Assembly: GCA_030390025.1 (NCBI GenBank)
Contig: CM059433.1
Location: 24,120,001 to 24,184,000 of the forward strand
DNA from: Squalus acanthias
Lineage: Eukaryota
Reading direction: 5' to 3'
Length of the DNA stretch: 64,000 nucleotides
Part shown: one piece after another, positions 1 to 12,395 of the stretch
Position numbering within the stretch: the stretch's first letter is position 1
How the letters are laid out: the number at the start of each line of letters is the position of its first letter
Position numbers and translations under genes: made by a program
Notes under the pieces: generated by a model
What the model saw: the letters and a program-made list of their open reading frames with translations, nothing else
Told to the model about the DNA's origin: nothing
Databases searched by the model: none

Positions 1-645
1 CCATTGACCAGAAACTTAACTGGACCAGCCACATAAATACTGTGGCAACAAGAGCAAATCAGAGGCTAGGTATTCTGCGGCGAGTGTCTCACCTCCTGAC
101 TCCCCAAAGCCTTTCTACCATCTGCAAGGCACAAGTAAGGAGTGCGATGGAATACTCTCCACTTGCCTGGATGAGTGCAGCTCCAACAACACTCAAGAAG
201 CTCAACACCATCCAGGACAAAGCAGCCCGCTTGATTGGCACCCCATCCACCACCTTAAACATTCACTCCCTCCACCACCGGCGCACCATGGCTGCAGTGT
301 ATACCATCTATAAGATGCACTGCAGCAACTCGCCAAGGCTTCTTCGGCAGCACCTCCCAAACCCGCGACCTCTTCCACCTAGAAGGACAAGATCTGCAGA
401 CTCATGGGAACACCACCACCTCCAAGTCACACACCATCCTGACTTGGAAGTATATCGCCGATCCTTCATCATCGCTGGGTCAAAATCCTGGCACTCCCTC
501 CCTAACAGCATTGTGGGAGTACCTTCACCACACGGACTGCAGCGGTTCAAGAAGGCGGCTCACCACCACCTTCTCAAGGGCAACTAGGGATGGGCAATAA
601 ATGCTGGCCTTGCCGGCGACGCCCACATCCCAGGAATGAATTTTT
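1..645 (+). mobile_element. 3' end of a non-LTR retrotransposon (CR1/L2 superclade, Crack/Daphne-like), C-terminal ORF2 plus 3' UTR
   Basis: ORF 42-587 reads like post-RT LINE sequence (LGILRRVSHLL...VRSAMEYSPLAW...LNTIQDKAARLI...WHSLP). It is followed by a short UTR with AATAAA. A similar 3' tail recurs at about 47993-48085. Confidence 0.8.
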
Positions 646-972
646 AAAAACAGGCCTTTAAATATTCCCTGATGGTTTGCAAAGTGCACTTCACATCCAG
701 CTTACTCTTAGGTACAAGTCTCAGTTTTAATCCTATTCAACTGGGTAACCTGGTGCTGAGTAATATTGGACCTCTGTTCACAACCTTTGCTTACACGTTT
801 TACATTGAAACAAGAAAAGTCTGGCATGATCTAGAAACAATATCGTTAAAAATATTTGTATTGTAATCTTGGAACAACTTTTTTTTAGTGAGAACAGGAT
901 GTTTTGCCTGTGATTGATAATATGATTTTAAGTAAGTTACTCTACCATTGAAGGATTGCTTCAATTAAAACT

Positions 973-1157
973 TTCCCATCATGCGACTGTGGAGCTCCTG
1001 ATCAGACCCTGGAGTGCATCATTGAGCACTGCCCTCAGAGGAAGTTTGCAGGCAGCCCACAAGATATCCACGCTGTTAGACCGGAAGCTTTAGCCTGGAT
1101 ATCCGACTTAGATAGTGACATTTGATTTGCTTGGCTACTACCATACAAAAGAAGAAG
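973..1157 (+). mobile_element. 5'-truncated Vingi/Ingi-type LINE 3' end with 10-bp TSD
   Basis: Translates as PSCDCGAPDQTLECIIEHCPQRKF...EALAWISDLDSDI*, resembling the Vingi C-terminal zinc-knuckle region. It ends in catacaaaa(gaa)n and is flanked by direct repeats AATTAAAACT at 963-972 and 1158-1167. Confidence 0.7.
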
Positions 1158-1422
1158 AATTAAAACTGAACACAACTTTAATTAACTAAGCCAGTGTAGC
1201 AAAACACTAATTAAGCCATTTATCAGGGGACAGATCTCATTCGAACAAATAAGCCTGGAATTACTCTCTTTTATAGGAACATATGAATTGCTAGATGAAA
1301 AAAGACCACGGTCCATCTAGTTCGCCTTCTACCATCCTGGTAATCTCAGGCTACAACGATAATGGAGTTGTTGACTATTAATAGCAATCAATCTCTATCA
1401 ATTAGTCTACAACAGACCCAGA

Positions 1423-1770
1423 CAATAACAACAACTTGCATTCATATAGCGCCTTTAACATAGCAGAATATCCCAAGGCGCTTCCCAGGAGTGTTATCAG
1501 ACAAAAGATTTGACACCGAGCCAAAGAAGGAGACATTACGACAGGTGCCCAAAAGCTTGGTCAGAGATAAGTTTTAAGGAGCATCTTAAGTTTAGGAGGA
1601 GAGAGAGGTGGAGAGGTTTAGCAAGAGAACTCCAGAGCTTAGGGCCGGCCGCCAACGGTGCGGTGAAGGAAGTCGGGGATGCACAAGAGGCCAGAATTGG
1701 AGGTACGCAGTTACTGGAGGGTTGGAGGAGGTTACAGAGATAGGGAGGGGCCGAGGCCATGGAGGGATGA
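1423..1770 (-). mobile_element. L2 LINE 3' fragment
   Basis: Reverse complement matches the end of the L2 at 34950-35328 (...PYLCNLLQP...PKLWSSL...aaggcgctat-atgcaagttgttgtt tail). Confidence 0.8.
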
Positions 1771-2006
1771 GACATGCAGATATGAGGTAAGGAAACAGTG
1801 CTGAAAAGCTTTGGGAACCACAGGTTCAAAGTCACCTGCTCCTCTCCATTATGCTACACTTATCAGATGTCAGATCACAAATTACTCATATACTATATTC
1901 AAATGTTTTATTTTCTGAAAGAAATTTGAATGAATCAATACTAACAGCTCCCACCATCTCCCTAGGGAGCCTGTTCTTTATATTTACCACCTGCTCACTG
2001 AAATAA

Positions 2007-2662
2007 TGGCCTGGATTTTAGCTCGGAGGAATATTCCATGCGGGAGTGGTGTTTTGAGGTTAGGAAACCTGGAAGTAGAGGTTTCCCAAACGTCCTGCAT
2101 TTAATTTTTTTTCTGTAGGTTTCCCTCCCACAGCCAGCTAGAGGCCTGTCGGGCGGGAAATCCTACAGCACAAGGCTGCAGCTGAGCTGGGCTGCGAGCA
2201 GGTAGGTCTAGTGGGGGGGGGGGGGGGAAGGGGAGAGATCATGGGAGTGTTCTGATCACGGGGCGGGGGGGTTCTGATCGCGGGATGTCCGATTGCGGGG
2301 GTGGGGGGGTCTGATCACGTTGGGGGGGGGGTTTCCGATGGTGTTCAGGGGCGTTTCCGATCGCGGGAGTCGGGGTGGGGTTTCGATGGTGGTCGAGGGG
2401 GCAGAAGGTGGTCGGGGTGGCTGGGAAACCCGACCGACATGAGTTAAAAATAGAATGACTTTTAAAATGAAGGCACGCAGCCTCATTATAATATTTAAAT
2501 GACCAACCAGCCTCCTGCGAGCGGATTGGTCGCCCACCCATCGTCCCGCCTCTGTTAAAACCGAAAGTGGGCGGGTTCGAGGCGGGTTGGGCTCCTGTTT
2601 CAGATTTTGTGAATTTTAACCTCTGCCCAACCCCACCCCACCCGTTTTTGTGAGTTAAAATA
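2007..2662. mobile_element. probable Harbinger-type non-autonomous element (degraded)
   Basis: GC-rich island starting ggcctggatttt, similar to the GGCC..ATTT termini of other MITEs here. The right TIR is not clearly preserved. Confidence 0.4.
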
Positions 2663-2992
2663 ATATTTCCGCAGTTTAGTTTTGATAAAACTGATCAGCA
2701 AAAGTCAAATTTGAAGTAGGCTTTAATACCCTAACTCTGTTCCACTAATTTTTGCAGAATTTTTATGTCGGCACAAACTTTAATTTTCTGTTAGACGTAA
2801 GCCAAAAGTTGTGATTATACCAGACTAAAATGAAATTCCTGATGTATTTAAGCTACTTAAAATATTTGGAAGCAGCCTGAAAAAAGACATTTTGCCAACA
2901 AAGATCAGAGGATTTTTACAAACAATGAAGCCTCTTCTGTGATTGAAACAGGGCCATTGTTAATGATTTCCAACCATTATATAAGTCACAGT

Positions 2993-3108
2993 CATCGACC
3001 TGAAACGTTAACTCTGTTTCTCTCTCCACAGATGCTGCCTGACCTGCTGAGTATTTCCAGCATTCTCAGTTTTTATTTCAGATTTCCAGCATCCGCAGTA
3101 TTTTGCTT
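2993..3108 (+). mobile_element. short Penelope-like (PLE family 1) tail insertion, 5'-truncated within hammerhead stem II
   Basis: catcgacctGAAACGTTaactctgtttctctctccacagatgctgcctgacctgctgag... matches the PLE end at 48305-48434 and 49187-49290. It is flanked by a 16-bp repeat ttatataa(g/a)tcacagt at 2977-2992 and 3109-3124. Confidence 0.75.
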
Positions 3109-5352
3109 TTATATAAATCACAGTACTTGATTGTGTGGCAGGAACACTTTTGTACCATTCCCTTCATTATCACTTGGCTTCAGTATTAATTTAAAACACC
3201 GATGCAACAGTTTCCATGGCAATGCAATGAAAATGAAAATAGCCATTTTGACTAAAAGTACAAAAAGGCAAAGTTGCATTTGTGCACACTAATCTCTGAA
3301 AAATAGGCTTCAAAAATCTAACTACAGATTCCTGTAATCTCTGTACATTTAACAGGAAAGGTTCCCATAGTCCTTTAAAAAGAACTAAAACAAGAGATAG
3401 GTCTAGAAATTCAGAAGCACACGAGTGGTAGGGTCCAAGTAGCCCCTGATATTGGGCCTCGGATCTCAGTCACATATTAACACCAATGCAGCAGGAGGCC
3501 ACACAGGTAAGTGCTGGAAGTTCAGGCCGGCCCACAGGTAAGTGATCGGTGGCCAGGGGGTGGGGTGGGGTGATAGTGGGCCTCGGGGGCTTTGCGGGCC
3601 GATGGGAGGATCATGGGGCTCAGGTGGGCGAGAGCAGGTCTCGGGGTGTGTGATTGGTGGTGGGGGTGGGTTAACAACAGCCGGCAGCAGCCCGAGGGAT
3701 CAGGGGCTGGAAGTTGGGGATCTCGGGGGCTGAGGGAGGTTGGGCACAATGTTGGCAGGTGGGCTCAGAGCGGGAACGGGGCGCTCGGTGCAGCACTCCA
3801 ATTTTAGGGCCGCTACCAAGTTAAAACTGGCCTTATGTTCCTGTTTTTGATCAATGCAGTTTGTCACATTAATTCTAGGATCTTACACTGCTACACATGT
3901 TCAAACTACTGTATACCTCTGTAAACCCAGCTATAATATATCATTGAATAACATATAGGCTTTGAGGCAGCAGCACATTTCAAAGTTCCGATCATGTTCA
4001 CAAAGTGCTTGAGCTTCACACTTGACCTTATTCCCTAATCTGAATCCCTCAATGGGATTACTGTTTGGTGACACCTACATTTTTCCTATAACCCGTGTGC
4101 TATCCTACCTCACTCACTTGTAACTTCCATTGTTCTGTATGTAGTGCAGCTGAAAAATGTTTCTCCACAATTGTCTAATGGTGAATACTATAAAAAGCCA
4201 AATCAGAGATGCACATGGAATGGAACCATAGGATTTTAAAAAAATTCAAAAGCCACCGTTTTATTTTTTCATGCTAAATGACAGCAATCTTCAAATGATA
4301 GCTACATATACGGACAGTGAAAGAAAGGGTTCTCATATTTATGACACTAAGTGACCCTCAGTAGGAATTAAATCCTTACTAACAGCGCACGACTTTTTGC
4401 TGATTCGAAATCGGCGTAATCTTTCTTGTGTTTATCGTTATTTCAATTAGCATTCTTCAACCACCAGCAGTTCAAGGAATGTCTCAGCGCATCGGTAGTG
4501 ACGGCAGCTCTGCAGCATGAAGGTGACCTGATGAGAGGCCACACCTACCAAGTTTTACAGCTTTTAAGCCCTGGCTGTCAGCAAGTTCTAAAATAACATG
4601 GCTGAGAGCTCCTTGTAGGTTGGGGTCATGAGTGACTTACATACAAACGCTTAAAAACATCAGCAGGTTAAGTCGTGACCCTACACAGCAGTACATGACA
4701 TGACTCAATGCTTTGTTCTTTATTCTTTTAGCTTTTATACAGCTTTTCATCAGCTTTTAAAAGGAAAAGTTATTTCCTCGGTCTGTCAGTCCTTTGGTAT
4801 TTAGTAAAATATCTCCTGAATTGTTTCAAGTGTACTTTGGCACTTGAACCTGTGATTGGGGACACTCTTTAAGGATAAAAACATTCTACTTCAGAAAGAT
4901 GCACTTAAAGTAGCAAGAGCTGATGTCTAGATACCACTCATCCCATTTTAATCTTATTAGCATTGGTCTGTTAAATGTATACAGTTAATCTATAAACTGG
5001 GTTGATGACTGAAAGTTACCCGTCTCCATTTTATTGATACCGTTATAGTCTTTGTTACTCTGAACTTTCCTTACTGGCTCTTTGTAAGCTTCAGATACGC
5101 CGTACTACATGCTTTTCCTCCTCCTGCATCCTCGCTGTGTTAAAAGCAAGACTCATTACACCATTTCCAAGCTCATTCTTTCCCAGGACCTCAGGACTCA
5201 GGAACTGCTTACCTCCCTCAGTCTTCTCTTTCTCCGTCAATAGGTGTTTAAAAGCCAACCTTGGTGTCACTACTTTTTGATTTACTCGGTCTTCTTTCCT
5301 ACTTTTTTCAGCATAGTGGTGTTGTGCATTATTGGGCCTTGTGCCTCCAGGT

Positions 5353-5828
5353 AAAAAGAAAGAAAGACTTGCATTTATATAGCACCTTTCACAACCCCAG
5401 GACATCCCAAAGTGCTTCACAGCCAATGAAGTACTTTTGAAGTGTAGTCACTGTCTGTTGTAATGTAGGAAACGCGGCAGCCAATTTGCACGCAGCAAGC
5501 TCCCACAAACAGCAATGTGATAATGACCAGATAATCTGATTTAGCGATGTTGATTGAGGGATAAATATTAGCCAAGACACCAGGGATAACTCCCCTACTC
5601 TTCTTTGATATAGTGCCATAGGATATTTTACGTCCACCTGAGGGAGCAGACGGGCCCTAGGTTTAACATCACACCCAAAAGACAGCACCTCTGACAGTGC
5701 AGCACTCCCTCAGTACTGCACTGGAGTGTCAGCCTAGATTTTTGTGCTGAAGTCTCTGGAGTGGGACTGTGAACCCACAACCTTCTGACTCAGAGACAAA
5801 AGTATTACCAACTGAGCCACAGCTGACA
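5353..5828 (-). mobile_element. full-length tRNA-derived Deu-domain SINE (SacSINE1-like) with L2-type tail
   Basis: Minus strand shows a tRNA-like head (gctgtggctcagttggt...ggttcacagtccc), the Deu core (gtcttttgggtgtgatgttaaacc...cctatggcact...ggtgtcttggctaatattt) and a tail gtgctatataaatgcaagtctttc shared with L2. Confidence 0.85.
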
Positions 5829-7120
5829 GACTTTCCTACATTATGCGTTTCCCACATTACAACAGTGACTACACTTCAAAGGTACTTCATTGGCTGTGAA
5901 GCGCTTTGGGACATCCTGAGGTGTTGAAAGGTGCGATATAAATGCAAGCCTTTCTTTTTATCTGGAGGGACAAGGCCAAATAATGCACAACACCACTATG
6001 CTGAAAAGAGATAGGTCAGCTTGCACCCTCCAACCAGCCAAGGTAGGCAGCTCATTCTCTGCTAACAAGAAAATGGGCAGTGTCAGATTGTAAAGTACTG
6101 CAAACATTATTTTAAATTCATATGTAGTTTTATTCATTGCCAACATTCATCCTCTTATCCCATCACTCTCAAACTGCTTGTCCGTCCTTCTTGTTAACCC
6201 AAATCCCACCCAGACTGCCGCTCTCTTTATCATCCTGAAAAGGGAACAAGGAAACATATTAACAAGAATCTGGAAGATGTAAAAGATAAAAGGTGAAAAC
6301 AACAATTTGAAATCCAAAAAAGTTCCTCAGATTTCGGCAGTCATTTGAATTTAACGCTAGCCGGCCAGGTTTCCCAGGGCTCGAGAAACCCGGCAGCCAA
6401 AGGGAGGCGGGAGCTTCCGGATCCAGTAGGTAGAGCACAGCTTGTGGGCCAGGAGGAACAGTCACAGTCTCATGATTCTCCCTTGCAAGCCCTTTCACCT
6501 CCATTCAATCGGTTCTACCTCGCAGCACTGCTAGTGAGGATCCGAGGATGTATGCCGTTGGGCCCTGATGCTTTGTGTTCCTTTAGTTTAACTAACTTAT
6601 CTAAAATTGAAAGTTAACAACTGCAGCAGATCAATTGTGATGAGGATGTTGACTAGCAGATAAGCCATTTTTATCAATGAACGAAGCTTAAAACTTATCA
6701 AGGTTATGAATTTTATAAATACTGTAATGGGCTATTACAATCAATGAACAACCATAACCTGTTTCCTTCACAGCCTAATCTTTGATCATGACTAACAGGG
6801 GTCAACAGTATGTTAAAAAAGTTTCCCAGACTGATATGGAGTGTACCCTGCTGTGCAGGGGTGTGACCATCTTACTCACAGATTTCTAACTATCTCAGTC
6901 ATGCACCGCTGCACTACAGCACCATAACATCAATGTGTTTATTTTAAACATCTCTTTAAAATCCAGCTTCCTGCTTAACTGTCTGTGGGAACAGCGCCAC
7001 CTATTGAATGTATCTTGACAGAAACGTCGTGAGACTTTGATTAGAAATTTTTTCATAATCCCATCGCACCAAACTAAACGTGCTACGAAGTGCTCTGAGA
7101 ATGTTTATTAGTACAAACAT

Positions 7121-7510
7121 CTGAACATCGATGGACAGGTAAAGTCCCTCTGGTCCATCCAGCAATGTCCCACACAATTGCGGTACCTTGTGTACTCCAC
7201 CCCACCCGAAACCATGTGATCGCCTGGGAGAGGCAAGAAACCAGATTAAAAACCCCTGGCCAATTCGGGGGAAAAATCTGGGAAATTTCTCTCCAACCCA
7301 TCTAGGCGATCGAAACTAGCCCAGGAGATCACTCCGGCCCTGAATTCCCTGCAGTACCTACCTTCTGAAGGAGGTGATCTCCGCCCCAGCCAGAAACAGG
7401 TCCAGCTCTCGCTTGAAGGAATTTATCAAATCAGCGTCCACTGCACGAGCTGGCAGCCTGTTCCAGAGGTCCACTATTCTCTGGGAAAAGAGCCACCTCC
7501 TGACATCTAA
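7121..7510 (-). mobile_element. CR1-like LINE 3' end with long 3' UTR
   Basis: Minus strand encodes DVRRWLFSQRIVDLWNRLPARAVDADLINSFKRELDLFL, a CR1 ORF2 C-terminal motif. Confidence 0.7.
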
Positions 7511-7934
7511 AGTAATTTAAGTTATAATAATGTCTATAATTGTGCTGCCCCATCGATGTGTGCTTAAATCAATCGTTCTGATCAGCACATGAACCTCACA
7601 CACTTTGGGTACTTTACCATCATTAAGATAATTACATTGCAATCACACTTCCACCTATGAGAACGTTCTGGTAAATTAAATACTTGAAGTGCTCCGCGTA
7701 ACAAGTTGTGTTTTTTCACTAATTATTTCTGCCTTTTGAAATGATAATATTTCAATGAAAATATGGAAAGTGTGTGAGAGTTTAAAAAAAAAAATTCTAT
7801 GATTTTACTGAGGCCTGAAAGAACTTCATTATTTCTGTCCATTTGCTTCAATCAAAAAAACATTTTTTTAAATGGTTACTTTTGAAGTATTAGTCACCAC
7901 CACATTGTGAACACTGCCTAAACATGCAAATTAT

Positions 7935-8695
7935 AAATACTGCTGATCACAAGATCAGGCAAGATCGCTAGATAATTGCAGGTGAGTAAGGTCATTCGAT
8001 AAATCTTAATACGTTTATCCAGAACAACCCTGCACGACCCTATTGCTGCATCTGGTTGTTCATCATAAGTGATTCTGGGGTTTTCATCTCTGCCTGGAGA
8101 TCTATTCCAAGTGTTGATCACTCTCTGCCTGAAGAAGAATCTCCAGATATTGGTCCTAAAGTTCCCTTTTACTGGTACAAACATGTGTCCCCTTGTCCTA
8201 CTCCTGCCGTCTGATTTAAAGTAGTATTCTGGATTAACCTTTTCCATACCATTTACTATCTTCTAATTCTGGCCTCTTGAGCATCCCCAATTTTAATCGC
8301 TCCACCATTGGTGGCTGTGCCTTCAGCTGCCAAGGCCCATAGCTCTGGAATTCCCTCTCTAAACCCCTCCGCCTCTCCACCTCTCTTTCCTCCTTTAAGA
8401 TCCTCCTTAAAACCTCCCTCTCTGACTAAGCTTTTGGTCATTTACCTTAATATCTCCTTACGTGACTCGGTGTCAAATTTTGTTTTATAACGCCCCTGTG
8501 AAGCGCCTTGGGACGTTTTACTATGTTAAAGGCACTATATAAATACAAGTTGTTGTTATATACATCTCTAAAATCAGTTCTCTGATGCCTCCTTTCAGAC
8601 TAAAATACCCAAATTTCTCCAGTCTTTCCTCAACTCAGGCCCCTAACATGAGAGTTCTCCTTGTGGGTCTTCTCTGCTCTGCTCCCAGCGATTGA
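7935..8695 (-). mobile_element. old CR1 fragment interrupted by an L2 3' end (+, about 8258-8557)
   Basis: RTRGH...FFRQRVINTWN motif in ORF 7918-8247. An L2 tail (ggcactatataaatacaagttgttgtt) sits inside it. Confidence 0.7.
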
Positions 8696-8699
8696 ATGT

Positions 8700-10283
8700 C
8701 TCTCTTTACAGCATCCGCTCACAGAGGGAAGATGAAGACACAGAAGAGCAGGAAGCCGAAGAGGAAGAAGCAGAAAAGAGGAATCAGACAGAAGGATGCA
8801 CCCCAGACAGACCCTCTGTGGCTGGAATATCCGGCATGGAATCATCCACCTGCGGTCCCAGTGACCACAACCCCAATTCCCCTTTCAACATTAGCCCCAC
8901 ACCTTACCTTCCATCTGTTACTGACCATCACAATGTCCTCTTGGCCACAATGCTGAAATAAAAGGCACCACAAAGCAAACTTTCTAATCCAACTTTATAC
9001 ATCAATCCATCCAATGTGACATCAAGAAATCAACTCATCACCCGTATGCATTCTCTTAGTGACTGTCTTGTGTGTGCCTTTGCCTACTCTACTGATATCA
9101 TGCAGTGCTACCCCAGTGGCTGCAGCATGGCTGGTGGAAGGCTGCTGACTTTCAATGGGGGACATTGCAAATGTCCTTGCTGGTTGACCTTGAGGAGCTG
9201 GTGGCTGGGAGTGTCAAATCAATCTTCTTCTTCTTCACTCTCCTCTCCCTCTTCTTGTTGACCCACTGGCTGGGCAGGCTGCATTTCTTGGGTGTGTGAA
9301 ATGAGGAAGGCACAAGGTTGGAGTTGTGGTGAGGGGAGGGCGGGGGAGCATGAGGTGTATGCCAGAAGGAGGATAACAGCATCTTGTATCCTTTCAGCCC
9401 CGCCGCTGGCCAAAGGCTCAACCATGCCCCTGCCAAGAATGGCCTGCACCGTCTCATCCAAGGGGGTGAGGTGAGGCTAGGAATGGGAGATGTGCCTCGT
9501 CATTGTTGCAGATTATTGGTAAGTCAGTGATTGGGGGTCATGCATTGAGCAGTGTGTGAGGCTAGTGGGGCAGTTGGTAGGAGACGGCTTTTGAAGATGC
9601 ATTCACTGACCTTGGCCAGTGGTCTGAGTTCGTGAAGCTTCTTTGGGCACTGGCCCCAGGTGGTGGGGGCGGCAGTGACGACCTCGGTGATGTAGTCCCA
9701 CATCCTTCTTTCTGGAGGGCCTCCTGGCCCCTGTGGGTAGAGGGCCTGTCTTGCAGTGTTGACCCCCTGCACAAAGCTGGAGTGCTGCGTGCGAGACCCT
9801 GGGTGCCCCTTCCTGGCTTGCTGTTAGTGCTGAAGCACTTTTCCCATTTTTTGAGTTTAGGAAGGGAATTCAGCTTTAAGAGTTGAATATTCACATTTGG
9901 GACTTTTTAATGTTAATTTTTTTTGAAAGGCAGAAAGAGCTGAAAACTGCATCGTTTCACTGCATTTTAATTTGTATTACTTCTGAGTGAATGGCCCCTT
10001 TAATTCACAGGCCTTTTCATTGCCCACAATTCCTTGCGAGCTCCACAGCCTCGCTTCCAGAGGCTGTGGGAAGCTGCAATGCCGGACCTGGACAGAAACT
10101 TCGGGTCGGATGCCTCCAATAACACCACCAAGACAGCGTGCATGGAAGGTAAGCGCTGCACCACCAATCTCCAGCCCCCCAGACGAATTTTGTCTTGTTA
10201 GCGTTGCGGCCATTTTCAGTGGCTGTTAACTCCAGTTGCTGGTGTCACCTGCAACTTTCCTGGCGAACACAAATTTCTCCCCC
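8700..10283 (-). mobile_element. non-autonomous Harbinger derivative with decayed Myb/SANT exon 1
   Basis: TIR-like end aaatttctccccc at 10271-10283. Minus strand carries a Myb remnant (MWDYITEVV...TWGQCPKKLHEL). An acidic transposase-tail remnant lies on + at about 8720-8830. Confidence 0.65.
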
Positions 10284-10397
10284 AAGAATCATAGAATCTT
10301 ACAGTACAGAAGGAGGCCATTCAGCTCATTGTGTCTGTGCCGGCTCTTTGAAAGAGCTATCCAAATAGTCCCACTCCCCTGCTCTTTTCTCATATGT

Positions 10398-10621
10398 GTG
10401 TCAGCTGTGGCTCAGTTGGTAGCACACTCGCCTCTGAGTCAGAAGGTTGTGGGTTCGAGTCCCACTCCAGGGACTTGAGCACATATAAAGCTAAGCTGAC
10501 ACTCCAGGGCAGTGCTGAGGGAGTGCTGCACTGTCGGAGGTGCCGTCTTTCGGATGAGATGTTAAACCGAGGCCCCGTCTGCTCTCTCAGGTGGACATAA
10601 AAGACCCCATGGCTCTATTTC
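10398..10621 (+). mobile_element. Deu-SINE 5' half (tRNA head plus start of Deu core)
   Basis: gtcagctgtggctcagttggtagcacactcgcctctgagtcagaaggttgtgggttcgagtccc contains Pol III A/B boxes and is followed by the Deu core. Confidence 0.85.
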
Positions 10622-10622
10622 A

Positions 10623-11690
10623 GGGTCAGGAGGCCCTGCAGAAAGAAGGATGTGGGACCTGATCGCCGAGGTGTTTACTGCCAGCAGTGTCACCCCTAGG
10701 ACCTGGCTCCAGTGCCCAAAGAAGTTTCATGACCTCAAGAGTGGTCAAGGTCGTCAAAAGCCATCTCCTACCGACTGCACCACGAGCCTCACACACTGCT
10801 CAATGCACGACCCCTGCCCCCCTATCACTCACTTACCAACAATCTCTACCAAACATGAGACACACCTCCCATTCCTAGCTTCAACTCACCCCCTTGGAGG
10901 AGACAGTGCTGGCCATGCTTGGCAGGGGCATGGTTGAGCCCATGGCCAGTGGTGGGGCTGAAAGAATACAAGATGCTGGTATCCTCATACATTATCCTCC
11001 TTCTCACATCACATTTCCCCCTCATCCCACAATCTCTTCTGATGTACAAGCTGCTCATGGTGTCAGCTTGCAGCTCTTGCTTTCCCGCCCTCTCATCACT
11101 ACAACCCTACACTTGTGCCTTCCTCATTTCAGACACCCAAGATATTCAGCCTGCCCAGCCAGCAGTTGATGAAGAAGATCATCATCATCCTGCAAGGCCA
11201 TCTGCAGTGTCCCCCACTGAAAGTCAGCAGCCTTCAACCAGCGATGCTGCAGCCACTGGGGTAGCACGGCGTGACATCAGTAGGATCGGCAAAGGCACAC
11301 GCAAGACAGTCACTAAGGGAACGCACAAGGGTGATTATTTGATTTTTTGATGTAATATTGGATGCATATATGGATAAAGTTGGATTGGAAAGTTTGCTTT
11401 GTGATGGCTTTTTTTCAGCATTGTGGCCAAGAGGACGCTGTGATGGTCAGTAACAGAGGGAAGGTAAGGTGTGGGACAAATGTTGAAAGGGGAATTGGGG
11501 TTGTGTTCACTGGTACCGCAGGTGGATGTTTCAATCCCGGATATCCTGGCCAGAAAGGCGCTGTCTGGGTTGCCTCCTTCCGTCTGCTTCTTCCTCTTCG
11601 GCTTCTTCCTCTTCCATCTGCGGGCAGCTTGTCCTCTTTGCTGCCTCTGCTTCATCTCCATGTGCCCCCCAAGACTGTGAGCAAGTGGTC
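10623..11690 (+). mobile_element. second copy of the 8700-10283 Harbinger derivative, inverted and lacking ends
   Basis: MWDLIAEVF...PRTWLQCPKKFHDL Myb remnant. The sequence is a diverged reverse complement of about 8700-9740. Confidence 0.65.
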
Positions 11691-11701
11691 TTCTCGGAGT
11701 C

Positions 11702-12115
11702 CTGCACTGTTGGAGGTGCTGTCTTTCGGATGTGACGTTAAACCGAGGCCCCATCTGCTCTCTCAGGTGGATGTTAAAGATCCCATGGCACTATTTTGAA
11801 GAAGAGCAGGGGAGTTATCCCCGGTGTCCTGGCCAATATTTATCCTTCAACCAACATAACAAAAACAGATTATCTGGTCATTATCACATTGCTGTTTGTG
11901 GGACCTTGCTATGCGCAATTTGGCTGCCATTACAACAATGACTCCACTTCAAAAGTACTTAATTGGCTGTAAAGCGCTTTGAGACATCCGGTGGTCATGA
12001 AAGGCGCTATATAAATGCAAGTATTTCCTTCTTTTTTCAAAAGTACTTCATTGGCTGTAAAGCACTTCTGGACATCCTGAAGTTATGAAAGGCGTTATAA
12101 AATGCAAGTCTATCT
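11702..12115 (+). mobile_element. Deu-SINE 3' portion plus an extra tandem tail
   Basis: Deu core ggtgctgtctttcggatgtgacgttaaaccgaggcccc... through aaggcgctatataaatgcaag. The tail is repeated at about 12036-12115. Confidence 0.85.
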
Positions 12116-12204
12116 TTTAATGTGGTACGGTTGTTACATTGTATTTTTTTGGAAAGGTTAAGTTCCTAAGTCAGTCAAGAATTCAGCTGAAAGTTTGCCA
12201 CATA

Positions 12205-12395
12205 AGAGAATGCTGGGAATGTACAGGATGCTTTGTCAGCATCCACAAGTGAAAGATAGATTAATGTTTTGGGTGGGACCCTTCATCAGAGCCACCTAAG
12301 TGAAATGTAACCCTACCTTTCTCTTTCAGGCACTGACTGATGTCCTGTGCATTCTCTGCCATCATTTCAGATTTCCAGCATTTATACTTCTTCCT
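12205..12395. mobile_element. old, decayed inverted PLE end with degenerate hammerhead
   Basis: Minus strand 12258-12292 reads CTGATGAagggtcccacccAAAACATTaatct, a CpG-decayed form of ...cccGAAACGTT. The right part ends atttcagatttccagcat, like PLE family 1 tails. Confidence 0.5.

Noticed and set aside
3400..3832. GC-rich island resembling another MITE
   Set aside because: Left end resembles the Harbinger TIR (ggtctagaaattc), but no convincing right TIR or TSD could be defined.
4451..4545. possible small host exon
   Set aside because: Short open frames on both strands with no recognisable homology.
10398..10470. tRNA gene
   Set aside because: It is the tRNA-derived head of the Deu-SINE and continues directly into the SINE body.
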